Source: an uncultured Clostridiaceae bacterium
GTDB taxonomy: Bacteria; Bacillota; Clostridia; TANB77; CAG-465
Assembly: GCA_947381905.1 (NCBI GenBank)
Contig: CANCXL010000001.1
Span: 41,970 to 105,969, forward strand
Direction: 5' to 3'
DNA: 64,000 nucleotides
In this document: positions 49,418 to 58,538 of the stretch, in pieces
Layout: every line of letters begins with the position of its first letter
How positions within the stretch are numbered: the first letter of the stretch is position 1
Notes under the pieces: generated by a model
Told to the model about the DNA's origin: nothing
Seen by the model: the letters and a program-made list of their open reading frames with translations, nothing else
Database searches by the model: none
Made by a program: the position numbers and the translations under genes

Positions 49418-52400
49418 ATGAAAAAAGCGTTATTAAAAGATAGTATTAAAGAAATAAGAAATACATATAAAAGATTTTTATCTATAATGCTTATGGCAAT
49501 GCTTGGAGTAGGATTTTTTGCTGGAATTAGGGCAACAAGTCCAGATATGAACAAGACAATAGATAATTACTATGATGAAAACAACTTATATGATGTTGAA
49601 TTTATATCTACATTAGGACTTACAGATGATGACTTAGAGCTTATTAGAGAAAATGAGTATGTAGATGAAGTTGTAGGAACATATTCAAAAGATGTTGTGG
49701 CTAAGGTAAAGGAAAATGAAGAGCCAGTCATTAAACTTATGGCAATTGAGAATATAAATCAAGTAGTTTTAGTAGCAGGAGAGCTTCCAAAAAATTCTAA
49801 TGAATGTGCAGTAGAACAAAGCTTTATAAATGCAACTGGAAAAGCAATTGGAGATAATATTACTATTGAGGATAAAGATAATAATGTGCTAAATGATACA
49901 TTAAAAATTACTGCAATAGTAAATAGTCCTATGTATATCTCAAGAGACAGAGGAACTAGTAACCTCGGAGCAGGTAAAGTAAATTATTATATTTATATGG
50001 ATAAGTCTAACTTTGATATGGATGTATATACTCAAATATACATTAAAGTTAAAGACGCAGATAAATATATAACAGGCTCTAATGATTATATAGAGCTTAT
50101 CCATAAAGCAAAAGATAGTTTAAAGCAATATGAAGAAGAAATAAATACTAGAAGATATGATTCTCTTCGTTCTGATGCTACAGATGAAATAGAAAAGGCA
50201 GAACTTGAGTTAAATAATAATAGACAAGATAATGGAGTCAAACTTGATAATGCTCAAACAGAGATAGATAATAATAAGGTAAAAATTGAGAATGCTAAAA
50301 TAGAACTTGAAAATATGAAAGCATCAACATATTCCACTTTTGCTGAATATGAAAATCAATTATCCGATGGAAAATTTCAGATAGAGCAGGCAGAAATAAA
50401 GCTTGAACAAGCAAAAATTGATGCAGATACAAATATTAAATCTTTAAATGTGGCTATAGAAAGTATTAGAAGTAATATAGAAATGGTAGATGCTGGGCTT
50501 GCAGTTGCAAACCAAAAGCATGATGAAATTTTTTATACTTTAGAAAATCCTGGAGATTTATCTCAAAGCGATATAGAATATCTTTTAGGTCTAAAAATAG
50601 AGATTGAATCTGAAATAGAAAACTTGGAGAAAAATAAAATTGAACTAAATGAAAAAATATATAATTTAGAACAAACGATAAATCAGATTAATGAAAATAT
50701 TATTAATGCATCTAATGCAATTATAGATCAAAAGATAGTTTTGACTCAAAAAGAAGTTGAGCTTTCACAACAAAAAACTAATGCATATAATTTAATTGCA
50801 AATGCTGAAGATGAAATAAGCTCAAATGAGAGTTCTCTTAATCAAGCACAAGAAGAATTGGATCAAAACAGAGTAGAGTTTGAAGAAAAAATTAAAGAGG
50901 CGGAAGGCAAAATAATTGATGCAAAAGACAAATTAAATGATATAGAAGCTCCTAAACTATATATTTTAGAAAGAGAAGATAATTCAGGATATAGTGGTTT
51001 TATACAGGATGTTCAAAGTGTTGAAAATATAGGAAAAGTATTCCCAGTTGTATTCTTTGTTATTGCAACTTTAATTAGTTTAACTTCAATGACACGTATG
51101 GTCGAAGAACAAAGACAGCAAATTGGTACTATGAAAGCATTGGGATATACTAAAACTCAGATTTCAATGAAATATGTATTATATGCAAGTCTTGCTACTA
51201 TATTTGGTGGAATAATTGGTATGATAATTTGCTTTTATATTCTTCCTAAAATAATATGGATGATGTATTCAATGATGTATGTTATACCAAACTTTGTAAT
51301 TGAATTTAATATGAAATTTGGATTTATTGGTCTTGTAGTGGCAATAATTTGCATAGTTGGTGCAACTATTTATGCGTGTCTTAAAGAACTTATAGAAAAT
51401 CCAGCAACTTTAATGAGACCTAAAGCACCCAAAATTGGTAAAAGAGTATTGCTTGAAAAAATTCCATTTATATGGAAACATTTAAATTTTACTTCTAAAG
51501 TAACTGTAAGAAACATGTTTAGATATAAAAAAAGATTTCTTATGACAATAATTGGAATATTTGGTTGTACTTCACTTATATTATTTGGATTTTTGCTAAA
51601 AGATTCGGTTGCAAGTATTGTAGAAAGACAATACGGAAAGATATTTAATTATAATTTTATAGTAACTTTAAAATCTTCTTTAAGTCATGAAGAAATTGAT
51701 AGTGCAAGTAGAGAGATAGTAAACAATGACAATATAAAAGAAGGTGTAAAAGTAAGCTTATCTTCAGCAAGTATTTTAGCTAATGATAATGTTGAGGATG
51801 TTCAAATTATTGTTCCAGAGGAGTTAGATCAGATATATTCTGTTATAAATTTTATTGATACTAAAAACAATGATGTAAAGATACAAAATAGTGGCGTTGT
51901 GATTACAGATAAAGTCGCAAGCCTTTTAAAAGTAAAAATTGGAGATAAAATCATAATAAGAGATACAAGTGACAAAGAAGTTGAAGCAACAGTTCAAAAT
52001 ATAGTTAAAAATTATGTTTCTCATTATATGTATATGACAAAAGATACTTATGAGATGCTTTTTGGGGATTATAATGTAAATGGTATGTTAATAAATACTT
52101 ATGATATAGAAGATAACTTAAAAGATGATTTGGCAAGAGAAATAATGAACAATTCTAAAGTTTCATCAGTATCTAATATAGATAGTATGAAAGAAACTAT
52201 TGATGATATGATGGGACTTATGAAATATGTGGTTTGGGTTTTAATTGTATCTGCAGGACTTTTAGCTTTTGTTGTGTTATATAATTTAGCAACGGTAAAT
52301 ATAAGTGAACGAATAAGAGAACTTGCAACTATAAAAGTGTTAGGTTTTTATGATGATGAAGTGTATAAATATGTTTCAAAAGAGACTAGTATATTAACTG

Positions 52401-52621
52401 TAATTGGAATAATGCTTGGTATGATTGGAGGTATAATTTTAAATATATTTATACTTAAGACATGTGAAATTAATATATTAAGATTTGAGCAAGAACTAGA
52501 GCCATACGCATTCATTGTATCTGCTCTAATAACAATTGGATTTACAATTATAATTAATATAGCAACCTACTTTACATTAAAGAAAATAAATATGATTGAA
52601 TCATTAAAGAGTGTAGAGTAA
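49418..52621 (+). CDS. FtsX-family ABC transporter permease with two FtsX/MacB permease domains and a very long coiled-coil extracytoplasmic insert (1067 aa)
   Basis: Two four-TM FtsX-like bundles (around residues 540-700 and 930-1067). The roughly 300-aa segment between them is heptad-rich (NAKIELENMK..., LEQAKIDAD...). Confidence 0.75.
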   Translation: MKKALLKDSIKEIRNTYKRFLSIMLMAMLGVGFFAGIRATSPDMNKTIDNYYDENNLYDVEFISTLGLTDDDLELIRENEYVDEVVGTYSKDVVAKVKENEEPVIKLMAIENINQVVLVAGELPKNSNECAVEQSFINATGKAIGDNITIEDKDNNVLNDTLKITAIVNSPMYISRDRGTSNLGAGKVNYYIYMDKSNFDMDVYTQIYIKVKDADKYITGSNDYIELIHKAKDSLKQYEEEINTRRYDSLRSDATDEIEKAELELNNNRQDNGVKLDNAQTEIDNNKVKIENAKIELENMKASTYSTFAEYENQLSDGKFQIEQAEIKLEQAKIDADTNIKSLNVAIESIRSNIEMVDAGLAVANQKHDEIFYTLENPGDLSQSDIEYLLGLKIEIESEIENLEKNKIELNEKIYNLEQTINQINENIINASNAIIDQKIVLTQKEVELSQQKTNAYNLIANAEDEISSNESSLNQAQEELDQNRVEFEEKIKEAEGKIIDAKDKLNDIEAPKLYILEREDNSGYSGFIQDVQSVENIGKVFPVVFFVIATLISLTSMTRMVEEQRQQIGTMKALGYTKTQISMKYVLYASLATIFGGIIGMIICFYILPKIIWMMYSMMYVIPNFVIEFNMKFGFIGLVVAIICIVGATIYACLKELIENPATLMRPKAPKIGKRVLLEKIPFIWKHLNFTSKVTVRNMFRYKKRFLMTIIGIFGCTSLILFGFLLKDSVASIVERQYGKIFNYNFIVTLKSSLSHEEIDSASREIVNNDNIKEGVKVSLSSASILANDNVEDVQIIVPEELDQIYSVINFIDTKNNDVKIQNSGVVITDKVASLLKVKIGDKIIIRDTSDKEVEATVQNIVKNYVSHYMYMTKDTYEMLFGDYNVNGMLINTYDIEDNLKDDLAREIMNNSKVSSVSNIDSMKETIDDMMGLMKYVVWVLIVSAGLLAFVVLYNLATVNISERIRELATIKVLGFYDDEVYKYVSKETSILTVIGIMLGMIGGIILNIFILKTCEINILRFEQELEPYAFIVSALITIGFTIIINIATYFTLKKINMIESLKSVE

Positions 52622-52721
52622 AAATTAAAGACTAGATAAATTTATTATCTAGTCTTTAGTTATATTGCAAAAAGTTATTATTTTAGTATACAATTATATT
52701 TATAAAGTAAGAGGTAAACAA

Positions 52722-53747
52722 ATGATAAGATTTGATTGTGATTATTTAGAAGGAGCACATCCTAAAATTTTAAAGAGGCTAGTAGAAACAAACTATATTC
52801 AACAAGCTGGATATAGTAAAGATGATTATACAAAATCTGCAATAGAAAAAATTAAGAAAAGTTTAAATAATGATAATGTGGATATACACATATTAGCTGG
52901 TGGCACACAAACTAACATGATTGCTATATCTAGTGCATTAAGAAGCTATCAAGGAGTAATTTGCGCAGATACTGGTCATATTAACGTACATGAAACAGGA
53001 GCAATAGAATCTTTAGGAAATAAGATAATAACTATAGAGAATGAATTTGGAAAAATAAATGCAAACCAAATTGAAAAAATAGTAAAAGAACATTATCAAG
53101 AAGATGCTCCAGAACATATGGTTATGCCAAAGCTTGTATTTATTACGCTTCCAACAGAGTGCGGAACAAATTATACAAAATGTGAAATAGAAGAAATATA
53201 TAATGTATGTAAAAAATATGATATGTATTTATATATTGATGGAGCAAGACTTGGATATGGTCTTTGTGCTAAAGACACAGACATTGTTTTTGAAGATTTA
53301 CCAAATATATGTGATTTCTTTTATATTGGTGGAACAAAATGTGGAGCAATGTTTGGAGAAGCTTTAGTAATTGTAAATGATAAACTAAAAAAAGATTTTA
53401 GATATTATATAAAACAAAAAGGAGCTTTACTTGCCAAGGGAAGACTTCTTGGAATTCAATTTGATACTCTATTTACAAACGATTTATATTTTTGTATTTG
53501 TAGACAAGCTGTTGAACTGTCTTTAAAACTTAAAAATGCTTTTATAGAAAAAGGATATAAGCTTGCATATAATTCATTTACTAATCAGCAATTTATTATA
53601 ATGAGCAAAGAAAGGTATAATAAGTTAAGTGATAAATTTGTCTTTTTTAAATGGAAAAACATAGACGATGAAAGCCTAATAGTAAGAATATGTACATCAT
53701 GGGCAACTACTCAAGAAAATGTAGATGAACTTATATGTAATCTATAA
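52722..53747 (+). CDS. low-specificity L-threonine aldolase (beta-eliminating lyase family, PLP-dependent)
   Basis: MIRFDCDYLEGAHPKIL N-terminus and GGTKCG Lys motif, typical of the LtaE family. RBS AAGAGGTA. Confidence 0.7.
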   Translation: MIRFDCDYLEGAHPKILKRLVETNYIQQAGYSKDDYTKSAIEKIKKSLNNDNVDIHILAGGTQTNMIAISSALRSYQGVICADTGHINVHETGAIESLGNKIITIENEFGKINANQIEKIVKEHYQEDAPEHMVMPKLVFITLPTECGTNYTKCEIEEIYNVCKKYDMYLYIDGARLGYGLCAKDTDIVFEDLPNICDFFYIGGTKCGAMFGEALVIVNDKLKKDFRYYIKQKGALLAKGRLLGIQFDTLFTNDLYFCICRQAVELSLKLKNAFIEKGYKLAYNSFTNQQFIIMSKERYNKLSDKFVFFKWKNIDDESLIVRICTSWATTQENVDELICNL

Positions 53748-53751
53748 TATC

Positions 53752-53780
53752 TTGACATTTTACATAAAAACGAGTATAAT
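53752..53780 (+). promoter_or_regulatory. perfect consensus sigma-A promoter TTGACA-N17-TATAAT
   Basis: TTGACA at 53752-53757, TATAAT at 53775-53780. Confidence 0.6.
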
Positions 53781-53836
53781 TATATTCGTTCGCACATATA
53801 AAACCACGGATTTAATAATCGAAGGGAGTACTGGAA

Positions 53837-54160
53837 ATGTTAGAAACAATATATGTCTTTAAATTAGATAAGACATGTAGATTGCAATTGCCTGTTATGG
53901 TAAGAGAGGTGTACAGTTTTGAAAAAACTGTATATATGAAGCTTCTTGAAATAGAAGGAGAAAAGTATCTTCAGATATCTGGATCTGAGCTAGAGCTTTA
54001 TCAGTCTTATGCACAACTTGACAATAAGGGAAGGTTCTTTGTACCTAAGGAGGTAAAGGAAAAGTTTGATATTGGAGCAAATGACAGATTAGACTCGTAT
54101 GAGGGAGAAAGAGAAAATGGAGCACGTACACTTCTTCTAAAAAAACAATTGCACAGATAA
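53837..54160 (+). CDS. short MraZ-like protein (two tandem AbrB/MraZ-type swapped-hairpin motifs), orphan
   Basis: Two copies of the MraZ signature LDxxxRxxxP (LDKTCRLQLPVMVRE and LDNKGRFFVPKEVKE) within 107 aa. Not followed by rsmH/ftsL. Confidence 0.55.
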   Translation: MLETIYVFKLDKTCRLQLPVMVREVYSFEKTVYMKLLEIEGEKYLQISGSELELYQSYAQLDNKGRFFVPKEVKEKFDIGANDRLDSYEGERENGARTLLLKKQLHR

Positions 54161-54161
54161 T

Positions 54162-54192
54162 AAATCGGGGAAAATCCCCGATTTGTTTTTTT
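54162..54192 (+). terminator. rho-independent terminator
   Basis: AAATCGGGG / CCCCGATTT stem, AAAA loop, T7 run. Confidence 0.7.
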
Positions 54193-54244
54193 CTATATTG
54201 AACATTTTTATTAAAATGTGATATTATAAAATTGAGGTGGAATT

Positions 54245-55216
54245 ATGGAAAAATCAAAAAGAAAATCAATAATAACTATAGTAGTTGTAATAATTGCAAT
54301 TATATTAGTTTGTGTTGCTACATTTTTTGCGGTAACAAAAATTTATGAAAATAAGAAGAAAGCAGAACTAGAAAAACAAATACAAGAAAATACAATATCA
54401 ACAGAACCAATATATACAGTAGAAAATTATCCTAAGGTTGATGCATCTCTTGCAACACAACCATTAACAAATGCATTTATTAAAAATTTTACAGGAGTTG
54501 ATGTAGATGTTTCTACACTAGATTATACTAATACGCATCCTGGATACGTTAGACTAATAAATGATGAGGTAGATTTAATAGTTGTAACAGAGCCTTCTGA
54601 GGAAGAATTACAACTTGCTAAAGAAAAAGGAGTAGAACTAGAAGTTATTCCAGTAGTTAAGGAAGGATTTGTATTCTATGTTAATAGCTCTAATCCTGTA
54701 GATAGTTTAACAAGAGATCAAATTCAAGGTATATATTCTGGAGAGATTACAAACTGGAAAGAAGTTGGCGGAGATGATGAAGAAATATTGCCATATCAAA
54801 GACCAGTAAATTCAGGAAGTCAAACAGGAATGCTATCTCTTGTTATGAAAGATAAAAAGCTAATGGAACCATTAAAAGAAAATTTATTACAAACAATGGC
54901 ACAAATAATAAACTATGTATCATCTTATGATAATGGTAAAAATTCAATTGGATATTCATACTATTATTATGCAACAACTATGTTTCAAACTATAGATAGC
55001 GAAGTTGCAGGAAATATTAAACTACTTGGAATTGATGGCGTAAAACCTAATAACCAAACAATACAAGATGGAAGCTATCCATATAATACAGCATATTATA
55101 TAGTTATAAATAAGGCAGATGATGAAAATAGTGCTGCAAGAAAACTTGCAAATGAAATGTTATCTAAAAGAGGACAAAAAGTTGCACAGGAAGCAGGATA
55201 TGTACCTGTTAAGTAG
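54245..55216 (+). CDS. periplasmic-binding-protein (PBP2) family substrate-binding lipoprotein/anchored protein, PstS-like
   Basis: N-terminal TM/signal segment and PBP2-fold-like sequence (ATQPLTNAF..., GIDGVKP). Confidence 0.5.
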   Translation: MEKSKRKSIITIVVVIIAIILVCVATFFAVTKIYENKKKAELEKQIQENTISTEPIYTVENYPKVDASLATQPLTNAFIKNFTGVDVDVSTLDYTNTHPGYVRLINDEVDLIVVTEPSEEELQLAKEKGVELEVIPVVKEGFVFYVNSSNPVDSLTRDQIQGIYSGEITNWKEVGGDDEEILPYQRPVNSGSQTGMLSLVMKDKKLMEPLKENLLQTMAQIINYVSSYDNGKNSIGYSYYYYATTMFQTIDSEVAGNIKLLGIDGVKPNNQTIQDGSYPYNTAYYIVINKADDENSAARKLANEMLSKRGQKVAQEAGYVPVK

Positions 55217-55224
55217 GTGAGTGT

Positions 55225-56988
55225 ATGGAAGAGGATAAAAAAAGAAAAGGTAGCATTGTCGCAGGAGAAGAAGTAAAAGTAAATGAAAACGAAAATAAGG
55301 AAAAAATAGGTGTATCAGATACTATTGAGATTGCTACTATTAATGAAAAGGAATCAGATAAAATACTTGATGAAAATGTAAATAAAGATAATATAAATGG
55401 TATTAAAGATGAGGATAAAAAAGAAATTAAAGAGGATAAAAATGCTAAAAAGGAATTAAAAAAGAATAAAGACGGTAAAAAGAAAATTAATAAGCAATTA
55501 CTTGCAGTAGTACTTATAGGTATTGCATGTATTGTATTTACTATTGCCTTAATTGTTATTCAAATAAATAATCTTAATGAAAAGTATAAATTAGATGAAC
55601 CTACAAATGTTTTTGAATCTAAAGATAAAAAGGAAGATGAAGATAAAAAATATGTAGTTGGAGAAAATGATACATTAGATTTTAATGACTTAGAGGTTGA
55701 AAGATACTATATTATTGATGGAGTGGAATATGAATATTCAGATACCATTGGTAATGATATTACAAGCAACTATACTAATTCTTTATATATTGCACAAAGA
55801 ATAAAAGGATTAAAAAATAAAGAGCTAGAAAATAGAATTAATAATGAAATTGTTCAAAAGCTAAAGGACTATGCAAAGACAGATGAAAGTGGAAGAAGAT
55901 TTGCGGGAAGTAATTTGGTTGGCAATTTTAATGATATTCTTTCTATATGTATATATATAAATTTTGAAAGATATCAAGATGCTTATGGATATAATATAGA
56001 TTTAAATACTGGAAACGAAATAGCTTTTGAAGATGTATTTACAAAGTCTGCGCCTATTGCATCGCTACTTTCAAATGGGTTTACTAAAAACTTAGCATGG
56101 GATTTTGAAGTAGATGTAGATTATAATTCTGTAAGTGATAGTGAGTATTTTCAAAGACGAGATTATTTTTTGAATATGAATAATAGAGATACTTCGGAAT
56201 ATGAAGATATGGGGTTAGAAGTAGCAAATTGGTATATGGAAAACAAAGGTAACATTGGTTTTACTATTAGTCCATTTGTAATAAATGTATATGGAGTGAA
56301 AACCAAAGATAAAAAATATAATATATCTATTCCTTTGTACGATAATAATTATTGTATAGCAATATATAAGAGATTTAAATCTCAAAATTCAATATATGAA
56401 AAAGATTTATATGGTAGTGGTTATATTCCATTTTCAATGCCTATGTCATATTTTTCAAATTGTAAGATAGAAAATCAAATTGAACATGGCAAGGCTTTAA
56501 GTAACTTATATATTGATATGTGTTTTTCTACATATAGTTCAACAGATAATGAAAAAGTTAAAAATATGGCAAAAACACTAGCACAAAATCTTATACAAGA
56601 AGAAAAAAAGAAAGCAATGAATAATACTTCTAAGTGTTATACTTTACAAGGAGAGGTAATTCTTCGTGATAATACAAAATATGTAGAATATTATAATGAA
56701 GAGATAAAAGGGTATTTTCTTCCACATTATACAGTAACAATAGCTTATGGAGATATGGAATTAGATAACTTTGATAATCTAATGAATGATTTAGCTAAAA
56801 CTGCCCTATTACCTAGAGCATCAGCAGATTCATATACATTAAAGTATTATAATGAAGTTTATATAAACAAAGATTATTATAAAGGTGAAGAAAGAAAAAC
56901 ATACTATTTCGACAAAGATGGTAATTACTTAGGAGACGATATTATGGTAGTAAAAGATACATCAAGAGATGGATACAATCCAAGTTAA
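55225..56988 (+). CDS. hypothetical membrane-anchored protein with Lys/Glu-rich N-terminal region (587 aa)
   Basis: ATG after AGGTGAG. Charged N-terminus, single TM (LLAVVLIGIACIVFTIALIVI), large extracytoplasmic domain. Confidence 0.5.
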   Translation: MEEDKKRKGSIVAGEEVKVNENENKEKIGVSDTIEIATINEKESDKILDENVNKDNINGIKDEDKKEIKEDKNAKKELKKNKDGKKKINKQLLAVVLIGIACIVFTIALIVIQINNLNEKYKLDEPTNVFESKDKKEDEDKKYVVGENDTLDFNDLEVERYYIIDGVEYEYSDTIGNDITSNYTNSLYIAQRIKGLKNKELENRINNEIVQKLKDYAKTDESGRRFAGSNLVGNFNDILSICIYINFERYQDAYGYNIDLNTGNEIAFEDVFTKSAPIASLLSNGFTKNLAWDFEVDVDYNSVSDSEYFQRRDYFLNMNNRDTSEYEDMGLEVANWYMENKGNIGFTISPFVINVYGVKTKDKKYNISIPLYDNNYCIAIYKRFKSQNSIYEKDLYGSGYIPFSMPMSYFSNCKIENQIEHGKALSNLYIDMCFSTYSSTDNEKVKNMAKTLAQNLIQEEKKKAMNNTSKCYTLQGEVILRDNTKYVEYYNEEIKGYFLPHYTVTIAYGDMELDNFDNLMNDLAKTALLPRASADSYTLKYYNEVYINKDYYKGEERKTYYFDKDGNYLGDDIMVVKDTSRDGYNPS

Positions 56989-57122
56989 TAAAGAAGAGCT
57001 TAGGCTCTTCTTTTGTTTTACATAAGAATTGAAAAAATTGCTAAATTATGGTATAATTATAATAGTTGATATATATTTTATTTTTATATTAATATATCAA
57101 AATATAGGAAGGAGACATTAAT

Positions 57123-57785
57123 ATGTCAAAAAGAGGTTTAGTCAGTACTATTTTCACTATTATATGTTGCGTTGTATTTGTAGGTGTTTATACATATGGA
57201 TATTTTCAAGACAAAAAGTTACTTGAGGAATGCGAAAAATATGATTTGAATGGACAAAATGCAGTAGATGTTATAAATTCATCAGAAAGAGTAGAGGTTG
57301 TAAAAAAGACAACTAGTCTTAGAAGAACATACTATATTTTTGTTGAAGACAAACTTATTGCAACTGTTACAGGCAAATTTATTCATCCACTTGGAGATAC
57401 TTTTACAATGAAAGATCTTGAAGGAAATGAGATTATATCTGAAAAAGAACATATTCAATTAACAAGTGTTACTAAAAGTGCAACTGTTTCTGATGGAACA
57501 AAAGTAAAACAAGATGTTTTTAAAGATTTTGCTAGAAGATTTAAATATCATTTACTAGATAAAGATAACAATGAATATGCATACACAGATGGTAATATCT
57601 TTGGAGTTCCAGCTCAAGTATTTGTATATAACTCAAATGATGAAAAAATCTTTGTTATAAATGGAGATTACGAAATCGTAAATAGAGGATATACTGTTGT
57701 TAAATATCAAGATAGCGATTGCTCAATGGCAAAAGCTGTATTACTTACAACAATGATAGACACTATAAGAGATGATACTGACTAA
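57123..57785 (+). CDS. hypothetical membrane-anchored protein
   Basis: RBS AGGAAGGAGA. N-terminal TM helix. Confidence 0.45.
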   Translation: MSKRGLVSTIFTIICCVVFVGVYTYGYFQDKKLLEECEKYDLNGQNAVDVINSSERVEVVKKTTSLRRTYYIFVEDKLIATVTGKFIHPLGDTFTMKDLEGNEIISEKEHIQLTSVTKSATVSDGTKVKQDVFKDFARRFKYHLLDKDNNEYAYTDGNIFGVPAQVFVYNSNDEKIFVINGDYEIVNRGYTVVKYQDSDCSMAKAVLLTTMIDTIRDDTD

Positions 57786-57859
57786 TTTAAGAAAGAAGAA
57801 TTTCTTTCTTTTTTTCTTTATATATGGTATAATTATCCTCAAATGTAGGAGGAATAATT

Positions 57860-58285
57860 ATGAAGTGGAATCAGATGATACCAGAATTTGATGTTTTTAA
57901 TCTTGAAGATAGTCTTCACTTTTATGTGGATTTGATTGGATTTCATGTTGAGTATGATAGACCAGAAGATAAATTTGCATTTTTGCAGTTTGGAGATGTT
58001 CAATTTATGATACAAGAAATTGACTCTGAAAATATGAAATGGAATACAGGAGAACTTAAGTATCCTTTGGGCATAGGAATTAATTTTCAAATAGATGTTA
58101 CTAATATAGATGAGATTTATGATAGATTAAAGAAAGACGATTATGAGATTTTTGTTCAAATGGAAGATCATTGGTATAGAAAAGATAATGTTTTAATGGG
58201 ATGCAGAGAATTTTTAGTACAAGATCCAAATGGTTTTGTATTAAGATTTAGTCAAGACCTAGAAAGTAAACAAATAGGTGAATAA
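57860..58285 (+). CDS. VOC (glyoxalase/bleomycin-resistance/dioxygenase) family protein
   Basis: Paired beta-alpha-beta-beta-beta module signature (HFYVDLIGFHV...). RBS GTAGGAGGAA. Confidence 0.65.
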   Translation: MKWNQMIPEFDVFNLEDSLHFYVDLIGFHVEYDRPEDKFAFLQFGDVQFMIQEIDSENMKWNTGELKYPLGIGINFQIDVTNIDEIYDRLKKDDYEIFVQMEDHWYRKDNVLMGCREFLVQDPNGFVLRFSQDLESKQIGE

Positions 58286-58380
58286 TTAGAATTTTATCTA
58301 AATAAAAACTGGATTTTTATCCAGTTTTTTATTTTTTACATAATATTGCAAACGATTTGCAATAAAAAACTGCCAAAAGC

Positions 58381-58409
58381 TTGACTTTGAGCCTTTTGGA
58401 TAATATAAT
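58381..58409 (+). promoter_or_regulatory. consensus sigma-A promoter TTGACT-N17-TATAAT for the downstream biosynthetic cluster
   Basis: TTGACT at 58381-58386, TATAAT at 58404-58409. A 17-bp dyad TTGCAAAcgaTTTGCAA at 58346-58362 and a perfect 14-bp palindrome TGTGTAATTACACA at 58468-58481 flank it. Confidence 0.6.
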
Positions 58410-58538
58410 GGTAACGATTATCAAATTTTATATCCGCTTTTTAATGATTTTAGCGGAAGATAATGCGTGTGTAATTACACAGCAGATACAGATAGTCAAA
58501 CAATATTAGTAGATGGACTTTTAAAGGAGGAGTTTACC

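Noticed and set aside
58467-58538. Track ORF start at 58467 for the PaaK-like gene
   Set aside because: No RBS. Overlaps the leader palindrome. The ATG at 58539 preceded by AAAGGAGGAG is the credible start.
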